From Citrobacter phage Stevie: a stretch of DNA of 49,816 nt. Position numbers and translations under genes: made by a program. The notes beneath the pieces are model-generated. The model was not told the origin of the DNA. It made no database searches and saw only the letters and a list, made by a program, of their open reading frames with translations. Positions 30,611 to 39,556 of this stretch are shown piece after piece (the stretch's first letter is position 1; every line of letters starts with the position of its first letter). The stretch lies in sequence record KM236241.1, one strand, 5' to 3'.

Positions 30611-30841
30611 ATGAGCATTCGATTAGCCGATCACATGAAATGGGATTTATTTGTCGGTATGACAATTCGCTTACTTGATAAGCATGGTTATAACGATGAT
30701 AAAATGGAGTTGATAAACTGCCTGGATATGACATTTGACGAAATCAAAGTTGCGCCTTTGTACATGTGGGAAAGAAAAATTGAGCACGACCTGATACAAT
30801 ACAAACGCAGAGAGGGCGCACGATTTTTCAATGTGAAATAG
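30611..30841 (+). CDS. Hypothetical protein
   Basis: ORF in operon, stop codon supplied by cassette F4. Confidence 0.6.
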   Translation: MSIRLADHMKWDLFVGMTIRLLDKHGYNDDKMELINCLDMTFDEIKVAPLYMWERKIEHDLIQYKRREGARFFNVK

Positions 30842-30881
30842 CACTTTTTGTTAAAACCCGCTACGGCGGGTTTTGTATTAT
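30839..30881 (+). promoter_or_regulatory. Composite promoter cassette F4 with nested terminator-like hairpin
   Basis: TAGCACTTTTTGTTAAAAC -18- TATTAT; AAAACCCGC-tacg-GCGGGTTTT lies inside the cassette. Confidence 0.8.
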
Positions 30882-30912
30882 GTGCTTAACGGAAAACAAG
30901 AGGATTTCAAAA

Positions 30913-31077
30913 ATGAAAATCGTAAACGTCGAATACTTCAAAGATGCGCAATGGCTGGCTAAAGAATCATTGTTTATGCTTGATCGCAAAAATCCAAAGG
31001 TTATTGCACAAATACTTTGGAATGACGCAATGGAGTTACTTAAAAAGGCTTACGGTTATGAAAGTGAAGAAAGGTAA
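30913..31077 (+). CDS. Small hypothetical protein
   Basis: ORF downstream of cassette F4. Confidence 0.6.
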   Translation: MKIVNVEYFKDAQWLAKESLFMLDRKNPKVIAQILWNDAMELLKKAYGYESEER

Positions 31078-31300
31078 AAAGGAAACTTGGGAGCTTGCTA
31101 AAAAAGGCGGTCTTGATGAAGGGATCGCCAAAATAGCAAAGTATTTCGATATTAAAGACGTGTGCGTTATTGTTGGTGACGAAATGGCGTATGTTGAAGA
31201 AAAGCCGCGACGTGTTCACCGTGTTCCGGCAATACCAACAACAATAGACTATAAATCAGTTATTAACAAAACCAAAGAACAAAAGAAATATTACAAATGA
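31058..31300 (+). CDS. Small hypothetical protein
   Basis: Overlapping ORF in early-gene run. Confidence 0.55.
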   Translation: MKVKKGKKETWELAKKGGLDEGIAKIAKYFDIKDVCVIVGDEMAYVEEKPRRVHRVPAIPTTIDYKSVINKTKEQKKYYK

Positions 31301-31371
31301 GATACATTTCTGTTATTTTGTTGCCGCCTGTTATCGCTTGGGTTATTATGTACGCCGTTGTTATGAATTAA
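31297..31371 (+). CDS. 24-aa membrane micropeptide candidate
   Basis: ATGA overlap; MRYISVILLPPVIAWVIMYAVVMN. Confidence 0.35.
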   Translation: MRYISVILLPPVIAWVIMYAVVMN

Positions 31372-31384
31372 GAGGATGTTAAAC

Positions 31385-32500
31385 ATGAGTTTAAAAAAGA
31401 TTACCGACGAGCAATTGATTGCTGAACGTGAGGCGGGTTTAAAACTGCGTGAGATTGCGGAAAAATACGGAATGAGCTTGCGCCAGGTTGAGCACCGCCA
31501 CAGCAAATTAGCAAAGCGTGGCGAGATCTCAACTATCGGATCACCTGGCTTTGCGGTAATTGGCGAGTCAAAGCTAGTTGATAAAAACGGCAATACTAAA
31601 CTAACCTGGATTAAGACGCACAAAGATAAAGACCAGTTAGAGGCAATAATGCAAGCGGCTATGGATGCATTTTCTGACGAGTTGCCACGCCTGGAACCAC
31701 AGCCGGAAAAGATTACTGACTATTCGAAAACCCTTGCGCTATATCCGATCTTTGATATTCATATTGGTGCAATGGCTCATAAGCATGAAAGCGGAGAGAA
31801 TTACGACACAGCAACGGCAGAAAAGATCATGAATGAATTCTTTGATTATGCCGTCGATAAAGCACCGAATAGCGAAAAGGCTGTATTGCTGATTGGTGGT
31901 GATATGATTCACAGCGACGGCCTGGAGGCTGTAACACCTGCAAGCGGTCACGTTTTGGATCAGGATTCGCGATATGCGAAACTTGTTTATGTTGCCATTC
32001 GAGCCACGCGCAGAGCAGTAAGCCGAATGCTGGAAAAACATAAAGAGGTTGAATTGCAGATCATTGAAGGTAATCACGACCAATCAGGAATGATCTGGCT
32101 ACGTGCTGCAATGGCGGCGGCGTATGAGAATGAGCCACGCGTAAAGGTTGATGTTTCTCCGCGCGTCGTGCATCACACTCAATATGGTAAAACTTTCCTG
32201 GCTTATCATCATGGTCACACTGTACGAAAGCCAGAAACGCTTTTAATGATGTGTGCAGCGGATTGGCGGGAAGATTTCGGAAACTCCAATTCAATGTATG
32301 CGCATGTAGGGCATTGGCATCACCAGACTGTTACAGAAACGAGCCTTGGCATTGTTGAGGTGCATAGCACTATGGCAGCAAAAGACGCTTACGCCGCGCG
32401 TGGTGGCTGGCGTTCACGTCGCAGGGCGGCGGTAATTATTTATGATAAGGAATATGGCGAAATAGGGCGGTTTATGTTTTACCCTGAAATGATTGCTTAA
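31385..32500 (+). CDS. Metallophosphoesterase with N-terminal HTH-like region
   Basis: IFDIHIG, GGDMIHSDG, EGNHDQSG, YHHGH, GHWHHQT metallophosphatase motifs. Confidence 0.85.
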   Translation: MSLKKITDEQLIAEREAGLKLREIAEKYGMSLRQVEHRHSKLAKRGEISTIGSPGFAVIGESKLVDKNGNTKLTWIKTHKDKDQLEAIMQAAMDAFSDELPRLEPQPEKITDYSKTLALYPIFDIHIGAMAHKHESGENYDTATAEKIMNEFFDYAVDKAPNSEKAVLLIGGDMIHSDGLEAVTPASGHVLDQDSRYAKLVYVAIRATRRAVSRMLEKHKEVELQIIEGNHDQSGMIWLRAAMAAAYENEPRVKVDVSPRVVHHTQYGKTFLAYHHGHTVRKPETLLMMCAADWREDFGNSNSMYAHVGHWHHQTVTETSLGIVEVHSTMAAKDAYAARGGWRSRRRAAVIIYDKEYGEIGRFMFYPEMIA

Positions 32501-32514
32501 TTAAATTATCAAGA

Positions 32515-32550
32515 AAAAGGCTGGCTAAGTGCTGGCCTTTTTTTGTTTTT
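32515..32550 (+). terminator. Terminator-like hairpin before lysis cassette
   Basis: AAGGCTGGCtaagtGCTGGCCTTTTTTT (imperfect stem). Confidence 0.5.
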
Positions 32551-32611
32551 GTGGTTAACATATTCACACTAATTTTGGCATTGACATTTTAATTTAATTG
32601 AGGATCAGATT

Positions 32612-32836
32612 ATGAGAGACTTTCTTTTAATGGCGCAAAACTCTTTCGGAGGTGCAACGGTAGTTGGATCTTTTACTGGTGAGTTTTTGCTTGCACTTGC
32701 TACGTTTATTTTGTTCGCTATTTTCGGCTGTTGGGGCGCATGGCTGAAATGGCGTGATAGTAAAGCGATCCGAGAGGCTTTAGATTCAGGGGATTTAAAA
32801 ACGGCGCTTAATCTACGGCAGAAAGAGAGGGTGTAA
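32612..32836 (+). CDS. Putative holin
   Basis: 74-aa membrane protein immediately upstream of endolysin. Confidence 0.7.
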   Translation: MRDFLLMAQNSFGGATVVGSFTGEFLLALATFILFAIFGCWGAWLKWRDSKAIREALDSGDLKTALNLRQKERV

Positions 32837-33330
32837 TGACAATCAAGAAAGGTATAGCCGCCACCGTCACAGGGGCGGCTTTAATGTTGGCATCGCCTTT
32901 GATTGAAGAAATTGAAGGCGTAAAGTATAAGCCTTACAAGGATATTGCGGGGATCTGGACTGTATGCCACGGCATTACAGGAAAGGATGTGATTCTTGGA
33001 AAGGAATATACCAGGCGAGAATGTGACGCGCTATTAGCAAAACACATGAAAGTAGCGGCTGACGCTGTTGATAAGGCGGTTAATGTTGAAATTCCTTTAT
33101 CAATGCGAGCGGCTCTATACTCATTCACTTTTAATGCTGGTACTGGCGCGTTTCGTAAGTCAACCATGCTGAAAAAGATCAACAATGGTGATTTATGGGG
33201 CGGTTGTGGTGAGCTATGGAACTGGACATATTACCGGAATCCTAAAACGGGTAAAAAGGAAAAATCAAGAGGATTGAAGAATCGCCGCGCCGTCGAATAT
33301 AAATATTGTGTAAGGGATCTGAATAAATGA
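32836..33330 (+). CDS. Endolysin (GH24 lysozyme, probable SAR signal)
   Basis: [25 protein letters not shown]; hydrophobic N-terminus. Confidence 0.92.
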   Translation: MTIKKGIAATVTGAALMLASPLIEEIEGVKYKPYKDIAGIWTVCHGITGKDVILGKEYTRRECDALLAKHMKVAADAVDKAVNVEIPLSMRAALYSFTFNAGTGAFRKSTMLKKINNGDLWGGCGELWNWTYYRNPKTGKKEKSRGLKNRRAVEYKYCVRDLNK

Positions 33331-33716
33331 AAAGAAAATTACTGGCTATTATGATGTGCATTGCTCTTTCTGGTTGTTCAGCTTCAAGCGTGTTACCTGG
33401 TCTGATTGGTAGCAAGCCTGATATAACGGCACAGGCTGGAGCGGAGAATGTGAAACAGACTGTTGGTGTAACCGCAAAGCAGGATACATCAAGCAAGCAG
33501 GAAACCACATTCAAAGAATCGGCAGTTGGTCAAGTTGACACATCCAATAAAAAGCAGGTTAGCACTTCAAGCATTAAGGCAGATAACATCACAGCGGAAA
33601 GAATAGAGATCCGAAATAATGATGGCCTTAATGTTCCGGCAATCGCAATGGGTATCTTGATGTTTATTGCTGGTATGCTGGCGGGGTGGACACTTAAACG
33701 TAATAAGGCGGCATAA
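33327..33716 (+). CDS. Unimolecular spanin (u-spanin) candidate
   Basis: N-terminal lipobox ALSGC and C-terminal transmembrane segment [23 protein letters not shown] in one ORF. Confidence 0.8.
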   Translation: MKRKLLAIMMCIALSGCSASSVLPGLIGSKPDITAQAGAENVKQTVGVTAKQDTSSKQETTFKESAVGQVDTSNKKQVSTSSIKADNITAERIEIRNNDGLNVPAIAMGILMFIAGMLAGWTLKRNKAA

Positions 33717-33733
33717 GCCGCCTTTTCTTTTAA
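33703..33733 (+). terminator. Terminator after lysis cassette
   Basis: AAGGCGGC-ataa-GCCGCCTTTTCTTTT. Confidence 0.8.
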
Positions 33734-33951
33734 AAAATATTGCTCATTAAGTCTTGAAAACTATTGCCGCTATAATCCTTTTCTTCAATAATGTGAGCAC
33801 CTTTCTTTTTTATATCCCACAGCATTTTTTCATACTCGCAGCGGTTAATGCCAAACGTACTACCATCATCAACATATGCGGTTCCTTTGTTGTTGAAAAC
33901 GTCAAATGTAACATTAACAACGCGAATTGTTTTGATAGTGCATTTTAACAT
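33730..33951 (-). CDS. Hypothetical protein
   Basis: ORF downstream of cassette R1. Confidence 0.6.
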   Translation of the reverse strand: MLKCTIKTIRVVNVTFDVFNNKGTAYVDDGSTFGINRCEYEKMLWDIKKKGAHIIEEKDYSGNSFQDLMSNIF

Positions 33952-33987
33952 TTTGTTTTCCTTTTGTTGCTACGTTTCGTTAAAACA

Positions 33988-34030
33988 AATATACCCGATA
34001 CAAGATCGGGTGTTTTAACAAAAAGTGCTA
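33988..34030 (-). promoter_or_regulatory. Composite promoter cassette R1
   Basis: Minus strand TAGCACTTTTTGTTAAAAC -18- TATATT; ACCCGAT/ATCGGGT inverted repeat in spacer. Confidence 0.8.
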
Positions 34031-34228
34031 TTCAAAGCGCCTGACGTGAATTAGTAGTTCACCGTCATCATTTGTTAACTGGTGCTCATTATCTCCAAAC
34101 GCTCGCATGTCACTGTAAAGCAATAGCAATAATGAGTAGACCAAATCATCATGCGAAACTCTCATTGCTGAACTTTCTTTCAAAATAAGATCTATCAAAT
34201 GCTGGCTTGCAGAATAATTCTTCATCAC
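34028..34228 (-). CDS. Hypothetical protein
   Basis: ORF whose stop TAG is the first triplet of cassette R1. Confidence 0.55.
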   Translation of the reverse strand: MMKNYSASQHLIDLILKESSAMRVSHDDLVYSLLLLLYSDMRAFGDNEHQLTNDDGELLIHVRRFE

Positions 34229-34541
34229 TCATTTTCTCAATGTTCATCATCTCCCACACATAACGATTGGAATCACCTTCCAGGCTATGCAACTCAAAAT
34301 TAAACGGCCTTTTCATCTTGTTTTTGCACCAGTACACGCAATGAACGCCGTCAAGATATCCATAACCAATCATTCGCGCTATAAACTCTTTGCTTGAGCT
34401 TGAAGCGAAATAGCGGGGCGTTACCCCCGCATTTTTGGCGAGCCTTTCACATTCACGGTGACGGAATATAAATCTTGCTAACTCTTGGCGGTTGAATTTC
34501 TCGCGAGACTCGCAAAAGCGATACAGATCTAATAAGAACAT
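34149..34541 (-). CDS. Hypothetical protein
   Basis: Operonic ORF. Confidence 0.6.
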   Translation of the reverse strand: MFLLDLYRFCESREKFNRQELARFIFRHRECERLAKNAGVTPRYFASSSSKEFIARMIGYGYLDGVHCVYWCKNKMKRPFNFELHSLEGDSNRYVWEMMNIEKMSDEELFCKPAFDRSYFERKFSNESFA

Positions 34542-34543
34542 GA

Positions 34544-36124
34544 TTACCCCATTAACGCCGGATTTACATAAACAAATTTACCAACGCTGCAAACATAATT
34601 CTTTTCTTCAAGCATTGGCAATAATTGTTCCTCAATTCGTTTCATCACGCCTGATTGACCTGTAAACGGCTTAACCTTACGCGCACTTTCATAGATGGCT
34701 CTTGCATTGGTAACTCCTTTATTTTGACGTGAGATCTTAATGATGATTTCAATTAACTTGCTCATTTCGGCATCATCGCCAGCGTGACCGGAAGCATTAG
34801 CGGCGTTGATATATGTTTTGCTTAATTCGCTGAACATCACCAAAGCCTCTTGCATTGTCTCAACTTCAATTTCTCGCGACTTTTGCGGCGTACCGTTTGG
34901 ATTAAACCAATTGCGGATCGTGTGCAATACTGACGCAATGCGGATCACTTGCTTATCCATTTTGCCCAAAGCACCACGCAACATTGTATGTGAATATTTC
35001 CCGCCGTCTGCTAAATCTGGCTCTAATTGCTGGCGAGCAATATTAAGAACACGCATTGCAGAACGTGACGGCTTCAATACAACATTTTGCTCAGTCATGA
35101 TGTTATGAATCAACTGGAAATATTGCGCCTTTAATTCTTTATCAACTGGCGTGTAATCAAGATCACCATTTTCATCAATAAATACACGCTCGCCTAACAT
35201 TGTTTTTTCACGTACAAGCAAGAAACGTTCACTAACACCGATACCACGCGCCCCTGCATCCATGATCCCTTTTATCGTTTCATCCTGGGCAATTACGCTC
35301 ATGCAGCCCAACGCAACAAAACTCATATTGTTTTCAGAGTTGGCGCGAGCTATTGAAACGTGTCCGGCGTCCCATGCTTTTAGAACCAATTCGCTGTTAG
35401 TCTTGCGATCACTATTAGCGTAAGTCAATCCGAGTAAGCTGTTGATGCTTGTTGCTTCATCGGAAATGACAGCAAAGTTACCCTGGCGATTGTTGATCTT
35501 TGCTAACCCTTCCGGCGTGGTGTCTGATACCGGAAAAACGATATCGCACATTTTTTCTAACTTTTCCTCTAATTCCTCCTTTTCCTCAAACAACGCAGCT
35601 AACTCAGTGCCGGAACGTTCAGCTTTCAATTCCTTTTCAACGCCTTTTAATTTCGCTGCGATCTTCTTTCGCTCTTTCTTGCGTTGTTCGTTGATGCGCT
35701 CAACTTCACAGACCATTGGCGCAATAGCCAGGCTGTTGATTGCTGATTTACCAGTTGATGGCGGCTGACTGGTTACAACATAAAGCGCCGTTGGTTGTTC
35801 AGTGCCGTGGTACTCAACTTGGAAGCGTCCAACCATAGCGGCGGAAACGCAACCAATGAAATGCATATAGGCCGATGATTCAGGAAATTGAACAGATTGC
35901 GCAATGCTACGTGACAGTTTACCCACAACATCAACATCATTACCCAAAGAGATCACAGGATAGCGGTCATTAGCGCCGTTAATATCCTTTACAGGTTCCC
36001 AAAAGCTGGACGATTGGCGGTAGCCGTTCGACTGAATAGCAACGCGAAGCGGCGATGTTCCCTGCGATTCTGCAATGGCTATAACTTGTTGAGGTGTCAA
36101 TTTGTTGGTGTCAAAGTCAAACAT
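34544..36124 (-). CDS. DUF3987-type ATPase/helicase-like protein
   Basis: SQPPSTGKSAINSLAIAPM Walker A-like; SDTTPEGLAKINNRQGNFAVISDEAT. Confidence 0.8.
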   Translation of the reverse strand: MFDFDTNKLTPQQVIAIAESQGTSPLRVAIQSNGYRQSSSFWEPVKDINGANDRYPVISLGNDVDVVGKLSRSIAQSVQFPESSAYMHFIGCVSAAMVGRFQVEYHGTEQPTALYVVTSQPPSTGKSAINSLAIAPMVCEVERINEQRKKERKKIAAKLKGVEKELKAERSGTELAALFEEKEELEEKLEKMCDIVFPVSDTTPEGLAKINNRQGNFAVISDEATSINSLLGLTYANSDRKTNSELVLKAWDAGHVSIARANSENNMSFVALGCMSVIAQDETIKGIMDAGARGIGVSERFLLVREKTMLGERVFIDENGDLDYTPVDKELKAQYFQLIHNIMTEQNVVLKPSRSAMRVLNIARQQLEPDLADGGKYSHTMLRGALGKMDKQVIRIASVLHTIRNWFNPNGTPQKSREIEVETMQEALVMFSELSKTYINAANASGHAGDDAEMSKLIEIIIKISRQNKGVTNARAIYESARKVKPFTGQSGVMKRIEEQLLPMLEEKNYVCSVGKFVYVNPALMG

Positions 36125-36151
36125 CTAAAAATCTCCTTCTTGTTGCCGCTA

Positions 36152-36194
36152 ATTATAACGGCAACATTCTACAGCCTTTTAGCAATTCGTGCTA
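36152..36194 (-). promoter_or_regulatory. Composite promoter cassette R2
   Basis: Minus strand TAGCACGAATTGCTAAAAG -18- TATAAT; 8-bp inverted repeat TGTTGCCG/CGGCAACA brackets the -10. Confidence 0.85.
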
Positions 36195-36440
36195 TTTGAT
36201 CGGCTCAACCCTGGCTAATAACCTTCCATCTATAATGCTATGACATTCAAGAGTTTTAGGATCGAATGCAAGCGAACGATGGAACGTATGACCAATCAGC
36301 AAATATGAATGCTTATCCCTGATGCGATAGACCGTTTCACCTTCCTTTAATGACGATATCGCACTAAAAACAACCTTGTAACGGTATTTTTGCATGGCCT
36401 CAGAACGGTGAGGAATGTAATCTTTTTCCGGTAAACTCAT
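36192..36440 (-). CDS. Hypothetical protein
   Basis: ORF, stop supplied by cassette R2. Confidence 0.6.
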   Translation of the reverse strand: MSLPEKDYIPHRSEAMQKYRYKVVFSAISSLKEGETVYRIRDKHSYLLIGHTFHRSLAFDPKTLECHSIIDGRLLARVEPIK

Positions 36441-36799
36441 GAGTATTTGGCCTCAAACAGATAAGCACCGCCAGCGGCAGAGAATCCAACTTCTTCCCGA
36501 TACAGCGTGAAACGGTCGCCGTTTTCGTCGAACACGTATCCAGCAACAGCACCTAACACGCGGCCTTGTTCGATCTGGTAACGCTTATCAGCTTTGAAAG
36601 TTTTCTTGATCTGCATGGAATGGTTTACCCATGTGCATTTAATGGTTTTGGTCTTAACATTTCGGAATGTTAATCCGGTTAAGTTGGCGTGAATCCATTT
36701 CCCATCTAACTTAACGAAAGTATCATCATTTTCGTCTACCCGCGCTTTGTATAGGCGGTTATCAGATCCGATAAGTTTGATTGATTTGAATTTAGCCAT
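36437..36799 (-). CDS. Hypothetical protein
   Basis: ORF downstream of cassette R3. Confidence 0.6.
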   Translation of the reverse strand: MAKFKSIKLIGSDNRLYKARVDENDDTFVKLDGKWIHANLTGLTFRNVKTKTIKCTWVNHSMQIKKTFKADKRYQIEQGRVLGAVAGYVFDENGDRFTLYREEVGFSAAGGAYLFEAKYS

Positions 36800-36831
36800 T
36801 TGATTTATCTCCTTTTGTTTTTGTTGAAAGC

Positions 36832-36874
36832 ATTATGCCGGATACGTGATCCGGCGTTTTAACAAAAAGTGCTA
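36832..36874 (-). promoter_or_regulatory. Composite promoter cassette R3
   Basis: Minus strand TAGCACTTTTTGTTAAAAC -18- CATAAT; GCCGGAT/ATCCGGC in spacer. Confidence 0.85.
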
Positions 36875-37567
36875 TTTCTGATTTGCCATGCATACAGCAA
36901 GCGCAAAGCCGCGCGGAGTGAGTGAGCGGATCAGCTTTGTTCGCTTAGACTTGCCGCCGAGCTTTTGCCAGCCTGGATTGTTGTTCCCTGTTGGCAATAC
37001 TGCGTTTGTATCCGGCATTACAAAGCCGTTACCCGTCCAAAGACAAGTTTTTTTGGTGTACGCATCGCGAGCGGGAATGATTTCAGGAAAGTGAGGATGT
37101 TTATCATCTTCCGGCAACAGACCTCCAAACGCGCAAGGATGAAAGATAAAATCAGGTTGCCGCCACATTGACGACAGAACACTAACAGGATTCTCAATCA
37201 TATATGGAACGTTAAACCGATCCGCAATATTGGCAGCAATCTTTGCCGTTTCAACCGCCTTTTTCTGGAAGTCTGGATCACGTTCACGCTTTGCGGCAAA
37301 GTGACGCGATCCGCTAACAGCTAAATCAGTGCATGGAGGGAATGCAATAATAAAATCTGGAGTGCCAAAGACGCGCATCATTGCGTTATGCTGGAATGAT
37401 AATCCGATCCACTCATTCAAATAAACGATGTTGGGATGAGTCACGCGCACTGATTGGTAATCACCATGATCAGCACCGTCGAAATTAAAGCACAGCACTT
37501 TGTGACCACGTTCAGCCCACGGCAACGCAGCATAACCAGAACCATCAAATAGTGAGAAAATAAGCAT
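36872..37567 (-). CDS. DNA cytosine-5 methyltransferase-like protein
   Basis: FSLFDGSGYAALPWAERGHKV motif I-like, AFPPCTDLAVSG motif IV-like, MIENPVS, TKKTCLWTGNGF. Confidence 0.75.
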   Translation of the reverse strand: MLIFSLFDGSGYAALPWAERGHKVLCFNFDGADHGDYQSVRVTHPNIVYLNEWIGLSFQHNAMMRVFGTPDFIIAFPPCTDLAVSGSRHFAAKRERDPDFQKKAVETAKIAANIADRFNVPYMIENPVSVLSSMWRQPDFIFHPCAFGGLLPEDDKHPHFPEIIPARDAYTKKTCLWTGNGFVMPDTNAVLPTGNNNPGWQKLGGKSKRTKLIRSLTPRGFALAVCMANQK

Positions 37568-37676
37568 GTTTAAATCCTTTCTGTATGGCCTTGTAAGGCG
37601 TTTTGTTTGTAGGTGTGGCAATCGTATTAGTTACGGCCTGAAATCGCGACACGACGCTAAACAGGCCGATATTTTT

Positions 37677-37754
37677 TTACTTACAGAATGGGCATGTTGT
37701 TTTATCACCGCTTCCGCCGTGTTTTGGACAGCAAATTTTTTCGATAGGTGTCAT
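37677..37754 (-). CDS. 25-aa CxxC-type micropeptide candidate
   Basis: MTPIEKICCPKHGGSGDKTTCPFCK; fills an otherwise empty gap in the operon. Confidence 0.4.
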   Translation of the reverse strand: MTPIEKICCPKHGGSGDKTTCPFCK

Positions 37755-37766
37755 TTTAAATGCTCC

Positions 37767-38009
37767 TTAGAATTGGAAACAACGCTTGCAAGATGGATCG
37801 AAGTTACAACCGCAATCATTGATTATTGCGTTAGGATCAGCAAGCATCACACTACTTTCTTGATCCATATCCATAGCGCCTAATGCGTCATCAAGCGTTA
37901 TTTCAAGATAGGCAACTTTAAGCGCCCATTCCTTGTTGAGTCCAGCCGCCTCCGCTTCATGTAGGCGAGCAAAGAAAGCATCTTGAACCATATCAACCCC
38001 ACTTCTCAA
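37767..38009 (-). CDS. Small Cys-containing hypothetical protein
   Basis: ORF; C-terminal CGCNFDPSCKRC. Confidence 0.55.
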   Translation of the reverse strand: MRSGVDMVQDAFFARLHEAEAAGLNKEWALKVAYLEITLDDALGAMDMDQESSVMLADPNAIINDCGCNFDPSCKRCFQF

Positions 38010-38214
38010 TAAACATGCTCATTTCGTCAATCATCGCGTAAGCATCGCTTTCAGTCATGCGACGGATTCTTCCGCCTGGGTGTTCGCCAACAGCGTAACC
38101 AGTTTTTACGCGGGTAATCGTTAACTGATGGAATCCAGAATCGCGATCCATTTTCAAAACTACTTTCCCGTGAGCTTTGACAATGTTCATGATGGATTCA
38201 GTTTTCAGTTTCAT
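37993..38214 (-). CDS. Hypothetical protein
   Basis: ORF downstream of cassette R4. Confidence 0.55.
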   Translation of the reverse strand: MKLKTESIMNIVKAHGKVVLKMDRDSGFHQLTITRVKTGYAVGEHPGGRIRRMTESDAYAMIDEMSMFIEKWG

Positions 38215-38245
38215 TTTTGATTCTCCATTTTGTTTATGTGAAAGT

Positions 38246-38288
38246 ATGATACCAATCAGAGCGTTATCGTTTTTAGCAATTCGTGCTA
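38246..38288 (-). promoter_or_regulatory. Composite promoter cassette R4
   Basis: Minus strand TAGCACGAATTGCTAAAAA -18- TATCAT. Confidence 0.75.
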
Positions 38289-38440
38289 TTTACGGCGATA
38301 AACGGATATCCTGTTAAATCTGCATTTCTATAACGTGCAGACCTAACCCAACAGCCGCCTTTGCTCATAATTAAAGCGTTTTTATGGCGAATGTTCACGC
38401 GGTAAATTCTTCCGGTTTTTATGTTTTTGAAGTAGGTCAT
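38273..38440 (-). CDS. 55-aa hypothetical protein ending NSTNC inside cassette R4
   Basis: MTYFKNIKTGRIYRVNIRHKNALIMSKGGCWVRSARYRNADLTGYPFIAVNSTNC; ATGA overlap with upstream gene. Confidence 0.6.
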   Translation of the reverse strand: MTYFKNIKTGRIYRVNIRHKNALIMSKGGCWVRSARYRNADLTGYPFIAVNSTNC

Positions 38441-38670
38441 AATTTAACCTCATGATACTCTATAAACTCTTGCACATATGCGCATTCGCGCGGCGACTCC
38501 TGGCCTTTTATCACCTCACAGCCACCATTAAACAGATAGCAGTGCTGGCAAAGGTTGCCACCTGCGTTTTCCTCAGCGATCTGAATTCCGGTACACAAAC
38601 CGCCACCAAACCTATGAGGAAAATCGTAAGCCTGGCAGCGGCACGTTGCTTGATTCCGCTTACGTTTCAT
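38437..38670 (-). CDS. Cys-rich hypothetical protein
   Basis: 77 aa with C.C, C, CQHC, C, C pattern. Confidence 0.6.
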   Translation of the reverse strand: MKRKRNQATCRCQAYDFPHRFGGGLCTGIQIAEENAGGNLCQHCYLFNGGCEVIKGQESPRECAYVQEFIEYHEVKL

Positions 38671-38951
38671 TAGATGTTCTCGCTAATAAACTGGATAACC
38701 TGGCGAAGATGTTTTTCATCTTTAATTAATGCTGGCAATTCTTCCATAACTTCTTTTTTAAGATAAATGTTTGCATTCCAGGTGAATGAGCCATCACCAT
38801 TTACGCGGTAAGAGCAAAGCCATTCGCAATCATTATCAGATTCCCAAATGCACAGCGTTTCAAATTCTTCAAACTTGTTGTAACCCGTTTCAATGCTTAA
38901 CTCAATGCCACGTTTGCCAGCGAAGTTAGTAGTTGTTTTTGATACCATCAT
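38670..38951 (-). CDS. Hypothetical protein
   Basis: ORF downstream of cassette R5. Confidence 0.55.
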   Translation of the reverse strand: MMVSKTTTNFAGKRGIELSIETGYNKFEEFETLCIWESDNDCEWLCSYRVNGDGSFTWNANIYLKKEVMEELPALIKDEKHLRQVIQFISENI

Positions 38952-38983
38952 TTTAAAATTCTCCGGTTCGTTTCGATGAATGC

Positions 38984-39026
38984 ATTATGCCAAAACAAAC
39001 CGGATCGCTTTTAACAAAAAGTGCTA
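38984..39026 (-). promoter_or_regulatory. Composite promoter cassette R5
   Basis: Minus strand TAGCACTTTTTGTTAAAAG -18- CATAAT. Confidence 0.8.
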
Positions 39027-39027
39027 T

Positions 39028-39129
39028 TTAATTAAAATACGAATACCTTTTCGCACGCTTTCCGTCGCCTCCGTAATGGTCATTAGCAACAGCAAGAATC
39101 CAAGCGTTAGGAATAAAAAATAGCTTCAT
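39028..39129 (-). CDS. 33-aa small ORF
   Basis: MKLFFIPNAWILAVANDHYGGDGKRAKRYSYFN; TAATG overlap with upstream ORF. Confidence 0.4.
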   Translation of the reverse strand: MKLFFIPNAWILAVANDHYGGDGKRAKRYSYFN

Positions 39130-39323
39130 TAATCACTCTCCATGACAATTACAGGCTCCAGGCGCTCAAGCACCACTTTGAAATCGGAGTAAAAAGTAGG
39201 GCGACGTTTTGTTAATTCCTCATATGTATCAGTTGCCAGGCAAGCGCGATCACCTTCATAGCACACAACTCGCTTACCATTGGCGCGGCTTATTGCAACG
39301 ACGCGATAAGTATTATTGATCAT
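39129..39323 (-). CDS. Hypothetical protein
   Basis: Operonic ORF. Confidence 0.5.
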   Translation of the reverse strand: MINNTYRVVAISRANGKRVVCYEGDRACLATDTYEELTKRRPTFYSDFKVVLERLEPVIVMESD

Positions 39324-39556
39324 TTCATCACCTCAATTGAATAAATACTTTCAACGCCTGGCGCGTATAACCGATCTCCATCTTCAGTTATGCAAAGACA
39401 AAGTGCAAGGCCGCGATTGTCTGAAATATGCAAGTCATTTTGTCTATCCATCAAAATTTCATATTCGCGATCTTCATCAAAGCGCCAAACGCTTAACATG
39501 CACTTTCCAGATGATTTAACTTTTACTTTCTTTCCGGCGAAATTTAAACGACTCAT
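39320..39556 (-). CDS. Hypothetical protein
   Basis: Operonic ORF. Confidence 0.5.
   Translation of the reverse strand: MSRLNFAGKKVKVKSSGKCMLSVWRFDEDREYEILMDRQNDLHISDNRGLALCLCITEDGDRLYAPGVESIYSIEVMK

Noticed and set aside
34806-35768. Plus-strand ORFs opposite the DUF3987 gene
   Set aside because: Shadow ORFs in a well-supported minus-strand CDS; Ser/Phe-rich composition typical of antisense frames.
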